Positions 55,803 to 64,000 of a stretch of 64,000 bases of DNA are shown here, piece after piece. Made by a program: the position numbers and the translations under genes. This DNA is from a virus, in IMG/VR virus record IMGVR_UViG_3300032236_000601, positions 3,786-67,785 of that record; one strand, given 5' to 3'. Positions within the stretch are counted from its first letter, which is position 1, and each line of letters begins with the position of its first letter. Below the pieces are notes generated by a model. The model worked only from the letters and a program-made list of their open reading frames with translations, was not told the origin of the DNA and did no database searches.

Positions 55803-58800
55803 TTATGCAGGTTTTGCATATATATCTAACCATGTTGCGCTTGTAATAAATTCAGTATCAAGCGCTTTAACCGTTATTCCATAATTATCATCAACTGTTA
55901 TGCTATTTGTTCCAGTATATGCTTGATATATTTCTTTTGGAGTTATTGTATTGGAAATCTTTTGATTTATTACATAAACTGTTTGCCATGTTTGTTTTGC
56001 TGCATTCCAATAACTCCAGGTGTATGGGCTACTATTATTATTACCATCAACATATTCAATAAAGTTCCATGTACGTGTATTGGTATCAACCTTAAATCCA
56101 AGTCCAGACGATTGATAATAAGAAATATTATTAAAAGTGAATCCTCCAAATAAACTTATTCCTCCTGAAGAAAATCCTCCGAAATCAAGTTCGTTTGGAA
56201 ATACAACTCCTATGCAAGTCCATTCATCATTATTTAATGTTGCACTGCTAACAATTCTTCCATTTTGATAAAGATTATTTGATGTAGACTGTAAATATGG
56301 ATCACCAGTTATATTTAATATCTGATCAAAAGTAATTGTTGTTGATGTTCCATTATCGTAATCATCAACATAAACATTACCAGATGCTGCTCCACCATCT
56401 ATTACATATCCATCTAATTCAATATATGAAGTCATTACTGCTTGATTACTATTTTTAGATATTGAACATAAAAACTTTCCATCCTTATGCGTTATTTCAA
56501 AAACTTTTATATTATTGGTATCTGGAATAAATGATGGATTGACCATAAACTGCATTGCAGAAACCTTATAGTCTTTAGATAAACTTTCATTTATTGGAAT
56601 AAATAGTTGATTTTCATACTGATGATTAAAATCATTTACCGTTTCATTTATTAAACGAATTCCAGACTTTTTTGAATTATACAAATATGGACTAGAAGAC
56701 TTATAAATTAGTAATGGATTTTTATTTTTATATGTTGTATTAAATTCATATGCTGTGGCTATATAAGCATTCTTTCCCCATTTTGTCCCCACATAATTCT
56801 TTTGATTATTTGTTCCTGAAGCAACATCATAATTAAGATTTTTTGCAGAAATTTCAAAACTATTTATTTTTAATGGATTCTTTAATATTGATCTTTGACT
56901 TACTTGCATATGAACAACCATTGCATAGTCTTTGAATGGTTTAGATTTTGGTGGATATATAATAACGTTATCTGAAATGGCAAAAGCAGTATTGTATGCT
57001 TGATTTGGTAAAAGAGTAGTATTTATACTATCTGCATCAATAACTCTATTTACTGGTAAAGATTTTTGATTATTAAATGATGATAGTGGTGTATTTGCTC
57101 CTGTAGATAGTCTTTGAAATGTTACATATGATTGAACTGATGATTGAGAAACAAATATCAAAGATGATTCGTTTTTATTTTTTAAATTAGTGTATGTACT
57201 ATATGTAGAGTTTACATTTAAATATGTACTACCTTGAAAACTATTTTGCAATCCTAAATAATTCCAGGCAGATGAATATTCAACGCTTTCATATCCTATA
57301 TTTAGTTGAAGCATATCTAAGTCATAAACATTATTTCCATTTTCATCCTTTACATATGTTGCAAAATAAGTTAGTGGAAAATATTCTTCCCATTCACCGT
57401 ATATAGATATGTCTAAGAATAAGTTTCCATACTCATATTCTGGAAGCAGTGTATAACTTGTAATATGATTTAAAAGATTTTTTTGTGCATCTAATGTATT
57501 TAGCACGATACCATTAGAGTCAAAATTTGATGATATGTTAGAGTATTCTGATTTATTAGAAAATCCGATAGAATATATCTTGCCTTCAAATGTATTTGTT
57601 CCATTTCCACCTATATATACCTGAACAGATGCTGGTGAAGAAAAGAATTTTGAAACATCATATCCATATGCAGTTGAAATTAAATCAATATTTACTCCAA
57701 CTGCAAATGGTGTATTTAGAGATATTGTTAAATTATTATTTGTAACATTAACGTTATTTAAATAATACGTTATGTTAGTTCCGTTTACTCTTATATCAAA
57801 ATATTGATTGCTACTTGTGTTATAAAAACTAATAAGAGTTCTATCAGTATTAATAGAAGACTCTATCTCAAATATTCCATATATTGCTGAAACCCTATCA
57901 TTAAGAATATTTAAATTTGAAAACTTTAGATAACAATTTTCTTGATACTGAATTCCATTTGTGTTCCAAGATGTTACACCTGCTGTTGTTGTTGTGTTTG
58001 GCCTAAATGTAATAAAGTTTGGTCCAGGTGTGGTTGAATACACTATATTATTTATATTAAGATTATCTGCATACCATTGCTTTAAGTCTCTACCGCCAAT
58101 ATTTATTGTAGGAAGTTTATAGTCTGGAACAGATAAATAATCTCTTGTTGCATTAAGATTATTAAAATATCCAGAATCCCAGCGGTATACGTCTGGATAA
58201 ATTACGCTTGCATCATATTGAGATGTTGGAAATTCAATTGTGGTTGAAGTTCCTGTATATGAATTATCAAAAGACTGTACGCTTGGTGCTCCTTGACCAT
58301 AAACAAATCTACGCTTTGCTACATTCTCTGGAACAACATATGGATAAATAGAAATACAATCAACCTCAAAGATACTTGTTGATGAATAAGAGTATATACC
58401 CCACCAATCTCTAAGTTGCGAGAGGGTTACAGTATTTTTTGAAAAGGGCATGGATATTACTTGCTCTCCATTAATCATGAGTGTGGCAATATCATTTTTA
58501 ACTGATATGCTTAAAAGCATTGGCCTATACCACTGTGAAACAAAATGAGATGCTATTTCATTATCTATTACTAAAGTGATAAATCCTTCTTTTACATAAA
58601 CACCATCTCTTGTATCAAGGGGACCAATTATTTTTTGAGAAACACTTGTAGATGGATTTATCTTAATCCACATCTCTAATGTATAGTTTTTACTTCTACC
58701 ATTTTCATGCAACATTCCTTTTCCTGGAAAAACAAGAGATGGAACTCCGTACGAATCAGAAGATATAATCTTAGTTGAACGATCTGTTCCATAAATAATA

Positions 58801-59555
58801 GGAAGAGCATCATTTTTAGCAAGAAGTTTATTATCTTTTACTATGTAATATGCACTATCACTTAGTATTCCATATGCATTTACTCCAAGATATGATAAGT
58901 TTAATTCTGATGGCAATGATGTTGCTATTGTTCCTGGGTCATCATAACAAGTTGTTTCTGATCCCTGACCGACTGATAGACCATTCATACACATTGTAAC
59001 TGATGCAGTATCTGATGATGGAATACTAGTAAAAGAGATTATGATAAATATTGATATGCTAGTTCCTGTTTTCCAGTCTTTTGGTAATGTATATGTATTA
59101 TTAAAATTAATCCATGATGTAGATGATGGAGCAGGAATAGCATTAGACTTAATTTGTACTTGAGTTCCTGAAGAATTTTGATAATTATATCCAACTTGAT
59201 ATGAAGAAACATATGTTGGATTTTGATAAAGAAAAAAGTTTACACAAAAATTAGATATAGAAAGATTGATATTTGTTGAAGTAAAAAGTGCTGGACTAGT
59301 TAAAGTTACTTGTGTTCCTGTTGCAACAAATGATGAATAGATTCCTCCTCCAGAAAATGGAGATTGCGTTGGTGTTGGATTAACACTAGGTATTGAAGGC
59401 TCTATCGCTGTAAAGTTACTTCCAGTCCAATTAGAAAATTTTCTAGCACTATCATCTATTAAAGATAAATAATGCACATCTTCATCAAGGGTCCACATGG
59501 AAATTGGATGCTCTGCATATACCCTAGTTGCATATTGGTTTGCAGCGGAAGTCAT
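55803..59555 (-). CDS. Large virion protein with LamG/ConA-like domains
   Basis: YTLEMWIK, LMINGEQV, FEGKIY; start MTSAANQY 6 nt after TGCTATAAT. Confidence 0.75.
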   Translation of the reverse strand: MTSAANQYATRVYAEHPISMWTLDEDVHYLSLIDDSARKFSNWTGSNFTAIEPSIPSVNPTPTQSPFSGGGIYSSFVATGTQVTLTSPALFTSTNINLSISNFCVNFFLYQNPTYVSSYQVGYNYQNSSGTQVQIKSNAIPAPSSTSWINFNNTYTLPKDWKTGTSISIFIIISFTSIPSSDTASVTMCMNGLSVGQGSETTCYDDPGTIATSLPSELNLSYLGVNAYGILSDSAYYIVKDNKLLAKNDALPIIYGTDRSTKIISSDSYGVPSLVFPGKGMLHENGRSKNYTLEMWIKINPSTSVSQKIIGPLDTRDGVYVKEGFITLVIDNEIASHFVSQWYRPMLLSISVKNDIATLMINGEQVISMPFSKNTVTLSQLRDWWGIYSYSSTSIFEVDCISIYPYVVPENVAKRRFVYGQGAPSVQSFDNSYTGTSTTIEFPTSQYDASVIYPDVYRWDSGYFNNLNATRDYLSVPDYKLPTINIGGRDLKQWYADNLNINNIVYSTTPGPNFITFRPNTTTTAGVTSWNTNGIQYQENCYLKFSNLNILNDRVSAIYGIFEIESSINTDRTLISFYNTSSNQYFDIRVNGTNITYYLNNVNVTNNNLTISLNTPFAVGVNIDLISTAYGYDVSKFFSSPASVQVYIGGNGTNTFEGKIYSIGFSNKSEYSNISSNFDSNGIVLNTLDAQKNLLNHITSYTLLPEYEYGNLFLDISIYGEWEEYFPLTYFATYVKDENGNNVYDLDMLQLNIGYESVEYSSAWNYLGLQNSFQGSTYLNVNSTYSTYTNLKNKNESSLIFVSQSSVQSYVTFQRLSTGANTPLSSFNNQKSLPVNRVIDADSINTTLLPNQAYNTAFAISDNVIIYPPKSKPFKDYAMVVHMQVSQRSILKNPLKINSFEISAKNLNYDVASGTNNQKNYVGTKWGKNAYIATAYEFNTTYKNKNPLLIYKSSSPYLYNSKKSGIRLINETVNDFNHQYENQLFIPINESLSKDYKVSAMQFMVNPSFIPDTNNIKVFEITHKDGKFLCSISKNSNQAVMTSYIELDGYVIDGGAASGNVYVDDYDNGTSTTITFDQILNITGDPYLQSTSNNLYQNGRIVSSATLNNDEWTCIGVVFPNELDFGGFSSGGISLFGGFTFNNISYYQSSGLGFKVDTNTRTWNFIEYVDGNNNSSPYTWSYWNAAKQTWQTVYVINQKISNTITPKEIYQAYTGTNSITVDDNYGITVKALDTEFITSATWLDIYAKPA

Positions 59556-59571
59556 ATACACATTATAGCAA

Positions 59572-59599
59572 GAAGGGGTAGCCAAAAGACTACCCCCTC
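59572..59599 (-). terminator. Terminator after nrdJ fused to the next promoter
   Basis: GGGGTAG / CTACCCC stem then TTCT-TGCTATAAT. Confidence 0.7.
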
Positions 59600-59613
59600 A
59601 TGCAACCGACCTA

Positions 59614-61557
59614 TTATGCTGAAATAAGATCTACCACATCACAAGAATTAGCAACACAAGCCAACTCCTGACTTCCAGTAGTTGTATCTTCTAATTCATA
59701 TAGTGGTAAAGATTCCCAAGGTATGTCCTTTGGCATCTTTGATAAAGCAATTTGATATTCTTCTTTTGTTATTTCTTGATATGGTGCTTGCTTGTAAGAA
59801 TGCTCTGACGCAGGTAGGAAAGAAACTCCTCCAATAGAATCAAAGTTTTTGTATACCCAAGCGCCTACCTCTAACCATTCATCTTCTGAAACATTAATGG
59901 TTACTGATGGATTATGCTCTGTCCAGTGCTGACGATATACCTTCCAAATTTCAAGATGCTCAATAGCAGAAAGATCCTTGGTTACGATAGCATTCTTTGG
60001 AGCCTTTGTTGGAAAATAGAATACTGTTGTAGCATCTGGCTTCATAACATCTGGTTCATTTGGAACACCAAAATCTTTAAGGAATTGAGTCAAAGGATCT
60101 TTATTATCTGCACGCACAGAACGAATATAATATTCTGAATACCACGGATGAATTCCACTGGAAACTCCTGTTAGTTGACTTACAGTTCCACTAGGCTTTA
60201 CTGTAGTTACAGCAACAGATGAATTAATTCCTAACTTTTCTGCTTCCTTTTTATTTGCACTAACCGCTTCTTCACGTAATTCATCAAGAATTTTTGCAAG
60301 ATCCTTATGCATAGTTCCTGTTAATGGATTTCCAAAGATTCCTGTAAGTGATACACCTAGAAGCCTTTCCTCTTCACAATTATCCTTCCATGACTTACGA
60401 ATATACTTAAAGTTTGTCATGCTTGACTGCCAGGTTCCTAGAATTGATGCAAGTTTAATTTTTTCAGCAAGAGACTCTTTTGTATCATTTGCATCAATAA
60501 CAACTTCAGTAAGATTACAAAATTCATTAGCACGTAGCAAAATTTCTCCACATGGGTTTGTGCCTTGTACCTTTGAAGAGTCACGGCGACCAAATTTATC
60601 AATATGCTTACGAACGGAATCCATATTATAAATACCACGTTCTCCAGACTTTGATTCATACAGGTTACGCCATTCACGTAAGAACTGAGCAGTATTTGGC
60701 TTTATATTGTAAACTGCTGAATTATTAGCAAGAGCACGCTGTCCCTCTGTCTCCCACCATTGACCTGACTTAGCCTTAGCCATTTCAAAATCATCAAGAT
60801 TAGATAAAGAAATAAGAGCAGAACGACGAACACCACCAACAACGACCACTTCACCAATTTTACACATAAGGTCATGCGCTTCAATTGGCTTTAAGCGACG
60901 GCCCTTAGCAATTTTAAATTGCTCAACAGTAAAATTAAATAGATCACTAAGTGGTTCTGGGCCAGAGGCACGGCCACCAAACGTCTTTAATCTTGATCCT
61001 GCTGGGCGCACCTTTGACATATCCCACTTTGGAATTTGACCAGTAACAAGTAAGCCAATTAGTTCTTTAAATGACTTTGCCCAACCTAACTTTGAGTCTT
61101 CAACAACAATAGTCGTGCTAGTTGGATAAAATTCTTCTGCAATTACTGGAAGATTAGCAACATACTTTTGTTCAACTGAGAATCCAACGCCTGTGCCATT
61201 CATAAGAATATACATGGCCTCATCAAACGCTCTAAGCGAATCTACAGCGATAAAAGAGCAGTTGTATGCGGCAATGTGATCTCTCTCTAATGCTGGCCCT
61301 GCTGTCATTACAGAGCGCATTGAAGGCATTACATGATGATTAAGTATTGCATCCCTTACCTTAGAAAAAATCTTATCATCTTCATTATAGTTATAATTCT
61401 TAACAAGATGATTTTTCATAAATGTCATATATCTATCGACTGTTTCTACCCATGTCTCCCTTCTTCCCTTTTCTTCTAGCCATCGGGAATAGCGACTAAC
61501 ATGAATAAAATTTCTATATGGATCTGATATTGATCCATTTGAGTCAATAAATGACAT
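59614..61557 (-). CDS. nrdJ: Class II (adenosylcobalamin-dependent) ribonucleotide reductase
   Basis: YNCSF, GGVRRSA, TNPCGEI, FCNLTEV, VKPSGTVS, C-terminal CVANSC; start MSFIDS after AGGAG. Confidence 0.93.
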   Translation of the reverse strand: MSFIDSNGSISDPYRNFIHVSRYSRWLEEKGRRETWVETVDRYMTFMKNHLVKNYNYNEDDKIFSKVRDAILNHHVMPSMRSVMTAGPALERDHIAAYNCSFIAVDSLRAFDEAMYILMNGTGVGFSVEQKYVANLPVIAEEFYPTSTTIVVEDSKLGWAKSFKELIGLLVTGQIPKWDMSKVRPAGSRLKTFGGRASGPEPLSDLFNFTVEQFKIAKGRRLKPIEAHDLMCKIGEVVVVGGVRRSALISLSNLDDFEMAKAKSGQWWETEGQRALANNSAVYNIKPNTAQFLREWRNLYESKSGERGIYNMDSVRKHIDKFGRRDSSKVQGTNPCGEILLRANEFCNLTEVVIDANDTKESLAEKIKLASILGTWQSSMTNFKYIRKSWKDNCEEERLLGVSLTGIFGNPLTGTMHKDLAKILDELREEAVSANKKEAEKLGINSSVAVTTVKPSGTVSQLTGVSSGIHPWYSEYYIRSVRADNKDPLTQFLKDFGVPNEPDVMKPDATTVFYFPTKAPKNAIVTKDLSAIEHLEIWKVYRQHWTEHNPSVTINVSEDEWLEVGAWVYKNFDSIGGVSFLPASEHSYKQAPYQEITKEEYQIALSKMPKDIPWESLPLYELEDTTTGSQELACVANSCDVVDLISA

Positions 61558-61592
61558 AAACAACACTCCTTTTAAATTTTTGATAAGGCATA

Positions 61593-61627
61593 ATTGTAGC
61601 AACTTGTTATGAATTCCGCAATGCGGA
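61593..61627 (-). promoter_or_regulatory. nrdJ promoter with a palindrome over the -35
   Basis: TTGCGG-17 nt-TACAAT with TG extension; TCCGCA-A-TGCGGA at 61615-61627. Confidence 0.5.
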
Positions 61628-61694
61628 TAGAGGAAAAAGTGAAACATTTAAGTGTAATATTTATAACAATTTAATTAACTTAAAAAAATAAAAA

Positions 61695-62387
61695 CTATGA
61701 TGATAAGTCACCCATAAGTGCCCAGGTATTTGTAGAGCGCTTATAGATAGTTACCGCAGAATATTGACTAGTAAGTTTAACCTTACCTCCAGGAGATTGC
61801 AAAATTACTGTTCCATCTGCCCCGACAATTGATGTTTGTCCCGTTCCTGTTTGAATAATGTCTAAAGTTGATCCTATTGGAAAAGCAACGGCAGTATTTG
61901 TTGGAATAGTTATAGTGTTTGCTGATGAAGAATTCATCTCTATAACCTTCCCCGCATCTGTTAATAGCAACGTATAATTATTTGAAGTTAATGTTGCATT
62001 ATTTATTGTTATTGTAGTTGTTGAAGAAAGTGGTGCATAAGAAGATGCCGCTGAAGTTTGAGTTAAATATGTTGATGCAGCGCTTGATTGTGTTAGGTAA
62101 GTAGAAGATGCACTTGATTGAGTAAGATATGTGCTAGATGCTGTTGCAATCTTTAAGTATTGCTGACCAATAACAAAAGCAGTTGTTGCAATTTGTGTAC
62201 TATTTGTATCTACTGCTGCTGTAGTTGCAAGTGGGGTTCCTGTAAAATTAGGAGATGCTAAGGTTGCCTTTAATAATAAGGCATTATCAACATCAGTAGC
62301 AAGATTTTGAAAATCTGTTGCTACATCAACTGGATCTGAACCAATTGGATAACGAAAACCATAGTTTGCAGTTGTACCGCTAGACAT
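61695..62387 (-). CDS. Tail fibre-like protein
   Basis: LASPNFTGTP..T...DTNSTQIATTAFV, 10-aa repeats, C-terminal FPIG...QTG.GQ...KR.TN.W...GDL domain. Confidence 0.8.
   Translation of the reverse strand: MSSGTTANYGFRYPIGSDPVDVATDFQNLATDVDNALLLKATLASPNFTGTPLATTAAVDTNSTQIATTAFVIGQQYLKIATASSTYLTQSSASSTYLTQSSAASTYLTQTSAASSYAPLSSTTTITINNATLTSNNYTLLLTDAGKVIEMNSSSANTITIPTNTAVAFPIGSTLDIIQTGTGQTSIVGADGTVILQSPGGKVKLTSQYSAVTIYKRSTNTWALMGDLSS
62041..62145 (-). repeat. Imperfect 30-bp tandem repeat (ASSTYLTQSS x3-4)
   Basis: ASSTYLTQSS ASSTYLTQSS AASTYLTQTS AASSY. Confidence 0.8.
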
Positions 62388-62402
62388 ATAAAAATTATAC
62401 CA

Positions 62403-62762
62403 TTACCATAGATTTTTTGGACAATGAGCATCGGCAAGCCATGTTTTTATAGCCATAAAACAGCCACACTCCTTGCAAGTTCTAGTTGGTTTAAATAATC
62501 TATCACAACCCTTACAAATATCTAACCTTGAATCCCTTGTTTTTCTATCTGTATAATTATCATTGTTTAAAAGATCAAATGGTGTTACAGAATACACTTG
62601 TTCATCTGTTAATCCGCCACTAGGCATTTCTCCTGAAAGAACAGACATTTCATATGATGCTTCTAAATAAAAATCTTTTGTCTCACTTTGTTTTCTAATT
62701 AATGCTTGCTCAGCATCTATTTCTTCTTGAGTCATTGGTTTCTTTATATAGTCTTGCCCCAT
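62403..62762 (-). CDS. Cys-rich protein (DUF6171-like)
   Basis: RLDICKGC...TCKECGCFM..KT.....CPKNLW. Confidence 0.8.
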   Translation of the reverse strand: MGQDYIKKPMTQEEIDAEQALIRKQSETKDFYLEASYEMSVLSGEMPSGGLTDEQVYSVTPFDLLNNDNYTDRKTRDSRLDICKGCDRLFKPTRTCKECGCFMAIKTWLADAHCPKNLW

Positions 62763-63283
62763 GTATTCCCCTTTAAAGTATAGCCCGATGAAGAATAGTC
62801 TGTCCAGTGCCAGGAATAACAAGAAGCGTAAAGTGTATAACAGTTGTCACATTGATTTCCACAATCTGCTGCCGTTCCACCATAATTTGTTCCATGTGCT
62901 GTTCCACCACTCACCGAAGTATTTCCGTTTGTATCTAAAATCCAATTATTAGAACAATATTGTGTAGACCACGGTGTTGTTCCACAAAGAACTCCACCAA
63001 GATTTTGTTGAATAGCATCTAAAACTCTAGCATTTACTGCCGTATACAAAGTAGTTATTGTTGGGGCTACACCTTTAGGATAAGATGCAGAAACTACTGC
63101 ATTTGTAGCAGCAGTTGTAACTGTTACCAATGATCCAGAACGTGTGCAATTTGTTAATGTATACGTGGCAGAGGGATCATAATTTTGTATTGTAAACTGT
63201 TTGTCTGATGTATATATAAGACTTGGTTTTGTAGGAGATACATGATTTCCTGATGTTGCTGCAACTAAGGCTATAAATGTCAT
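62744..63283 (-). CDS. Putative fibre-tip protein with Cys-rich C-terminus
   Basis: Start MTFIALVAATSG coupled to upstream stop; six Cys in C-half. Confidence 0.65.
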   Translation of the reverse strand: MTFIALVAATSGNHVSPTKPSLIYTSDKQFTIQNYDPSATYTLTNCTRSGSLVTVTTAATNAVVSASYPKGVAPTITTLYTAVNARVLDAIQQNLGGVLCGTTPWSTQYCSNNWILDTNGNTSVSGGTAHGTNYGGTAADCGNQCDNCYTLYASCYSWHWTDYSSSGYTLKGNTWGKTI

Positions 63284-63999
63284 TATGCCACCAGATCTCC
63301 AGCAACAACCCAGGAATTTGTACCTCGCTTTATTAAAGTAGCCATTGACCATTGGGTTCTTAACTTTAGTCCTGGTGTTGAATTTGGAGTAAAGTTTTGT
63401 CCTGCAATTACTATTTGTCCTACCCCAGTTTGTAAAACAACAATATATGCACCTATAGGAAATATTGTTGTAGAAGATTCATCTGGAATAGTTACCGTGG
63501 TAGAAGATGCTGAATTAACTTCAACTACTTTGCTTTGATCAGTTGCAGTAAGAGTATATGATGCAACTTGAGCATTTGTTCCAATTGTTTGAATTGGAGA
63601 GTTTAATGTTTTATTAGTAAGTGTTTGAGTATCAGAAACTGTAACAACTTGTGCGGGAGCAGAGTCTTTAGTTGAATATGAATATATTTTGCCTGAACTA
63701 TCTACCTTGGCAGCAACGGCTGTTGATGGCTTCCATTCTTGAAGATCTGCACTTTGATTTGTTGCACCTGTTATTATCAATGGAATTATAGTTGCTGATC
63801 CAGCAGTAATGATGTTGCTGCTTGATCCAGAGGTGTTAGAAGTTGGAGTTATTTTTACATATGTTGCTCCAAGACTGGTGCCAATTGATGCCTCAAGATT
63901 ATTTAACCTACTATTTATTGAAGATGTTGGACTGAATGTTGATGAATTAGTGCCAGTAAAAGTATAGCCAGTGGCTAATTGAATATTTGTTGCTACAGC
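63283..63999 (-). CDS. Tail fibre-like protein, 5'-truncated by window edge
   Basis: Frame open to window end; TQTLTNKTL; same C-terminal GDL domain as 61695-62387. Confidence 0.8.
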   Translation of the reverse strand, partial: AVATNIQLATGYTFTGTNSSTFSPTSSINSRLNNLEASIGTSLGATYVKITPTSNTSGSSSNIITAGSATIIPLIITGATNQSADLQEWKPSTAVAAKVDSSGKIYSYSTKDSAPAQVVTVSDTQTLTNKTLNSPIQTIGTNAQVASYTLTATDQSKVVEVNSASSTTVTIPDESSTTIFPIGAYIVVLQTGVGQIVIAGQNFTPNSTPGLKLRTQWSMATLIKRGTNSWVVAGDLVA

Positions 64000-64000
64000 A

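Noticed and set aside
19530-60631. Many 60-150 aa plus-strand ORFs opposite large genes
   Set aside because: Antisense shadows with no SD or promoter support and no recognisable motifs
61558-61694. Cobalamin riboswitch upstream of nrdJ
   Set aside because: The inferred leader is only about 30 nt and I see no B12-box or GGGAA core
1-64000. Alternative genetic code or stop-codon reassignment
   Set aside because: Standard code gives dense full-length genes, all three stops are used, and no suppressor tRNA is present (the TAG anticodon reads CUA Leu)

Overview
This 64 kb window is AT-rich (roughly 35% GC by eye) and comes from a large tailed dsDNA phage with siphovirus-type tail genes. The host is probably an actinobacterium, judging by WhiB, an M15 endolysin, actinobacterial-type small proteins, leaderless promoters and a DnaE/RecA/Cas4-like/RuvC replication block. 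All credible genes except one lie on the minus strand. In transcription order (high to low coordinates) the window holds: tail-fibre-like genes; a class II ribonucleotide reductase; the head module (portal, protease-scaffold, major capsid); neck and tail genes, including a -1 frameshifted chaperone and a 2497-aa tape measure; the replication/recombination module; terminase; and an accessory region. The accessory region carries three glycosyltransferases, Dps, an endolysin, a UV-repair glycosylase, a glycoside hydrolase, seven tRNAs, an HNH nuclease and two secreted proteins. The strongest leads are: (1) a W-x-G-x-F tag 10-11 residues from the C-terminus of the scaffold and of two distant small proteins, a candidate capsid cargo-loading system; (2) a three-glycosyltransferase cassette together with capsid, tail tube and four other virion proteins ending in Ser, a candidate virion O-glycosylation system; (3) CRP-type boxes, one a perfect match upstream of a secreted lytic transglycosylase; (4) two CDSs whose stop codons lie inside tRNA 5' ends; and (5) secreted Gly/Asn-rich and fibre-like proteins. 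Family assignments are motif recognition from memory, not database results.
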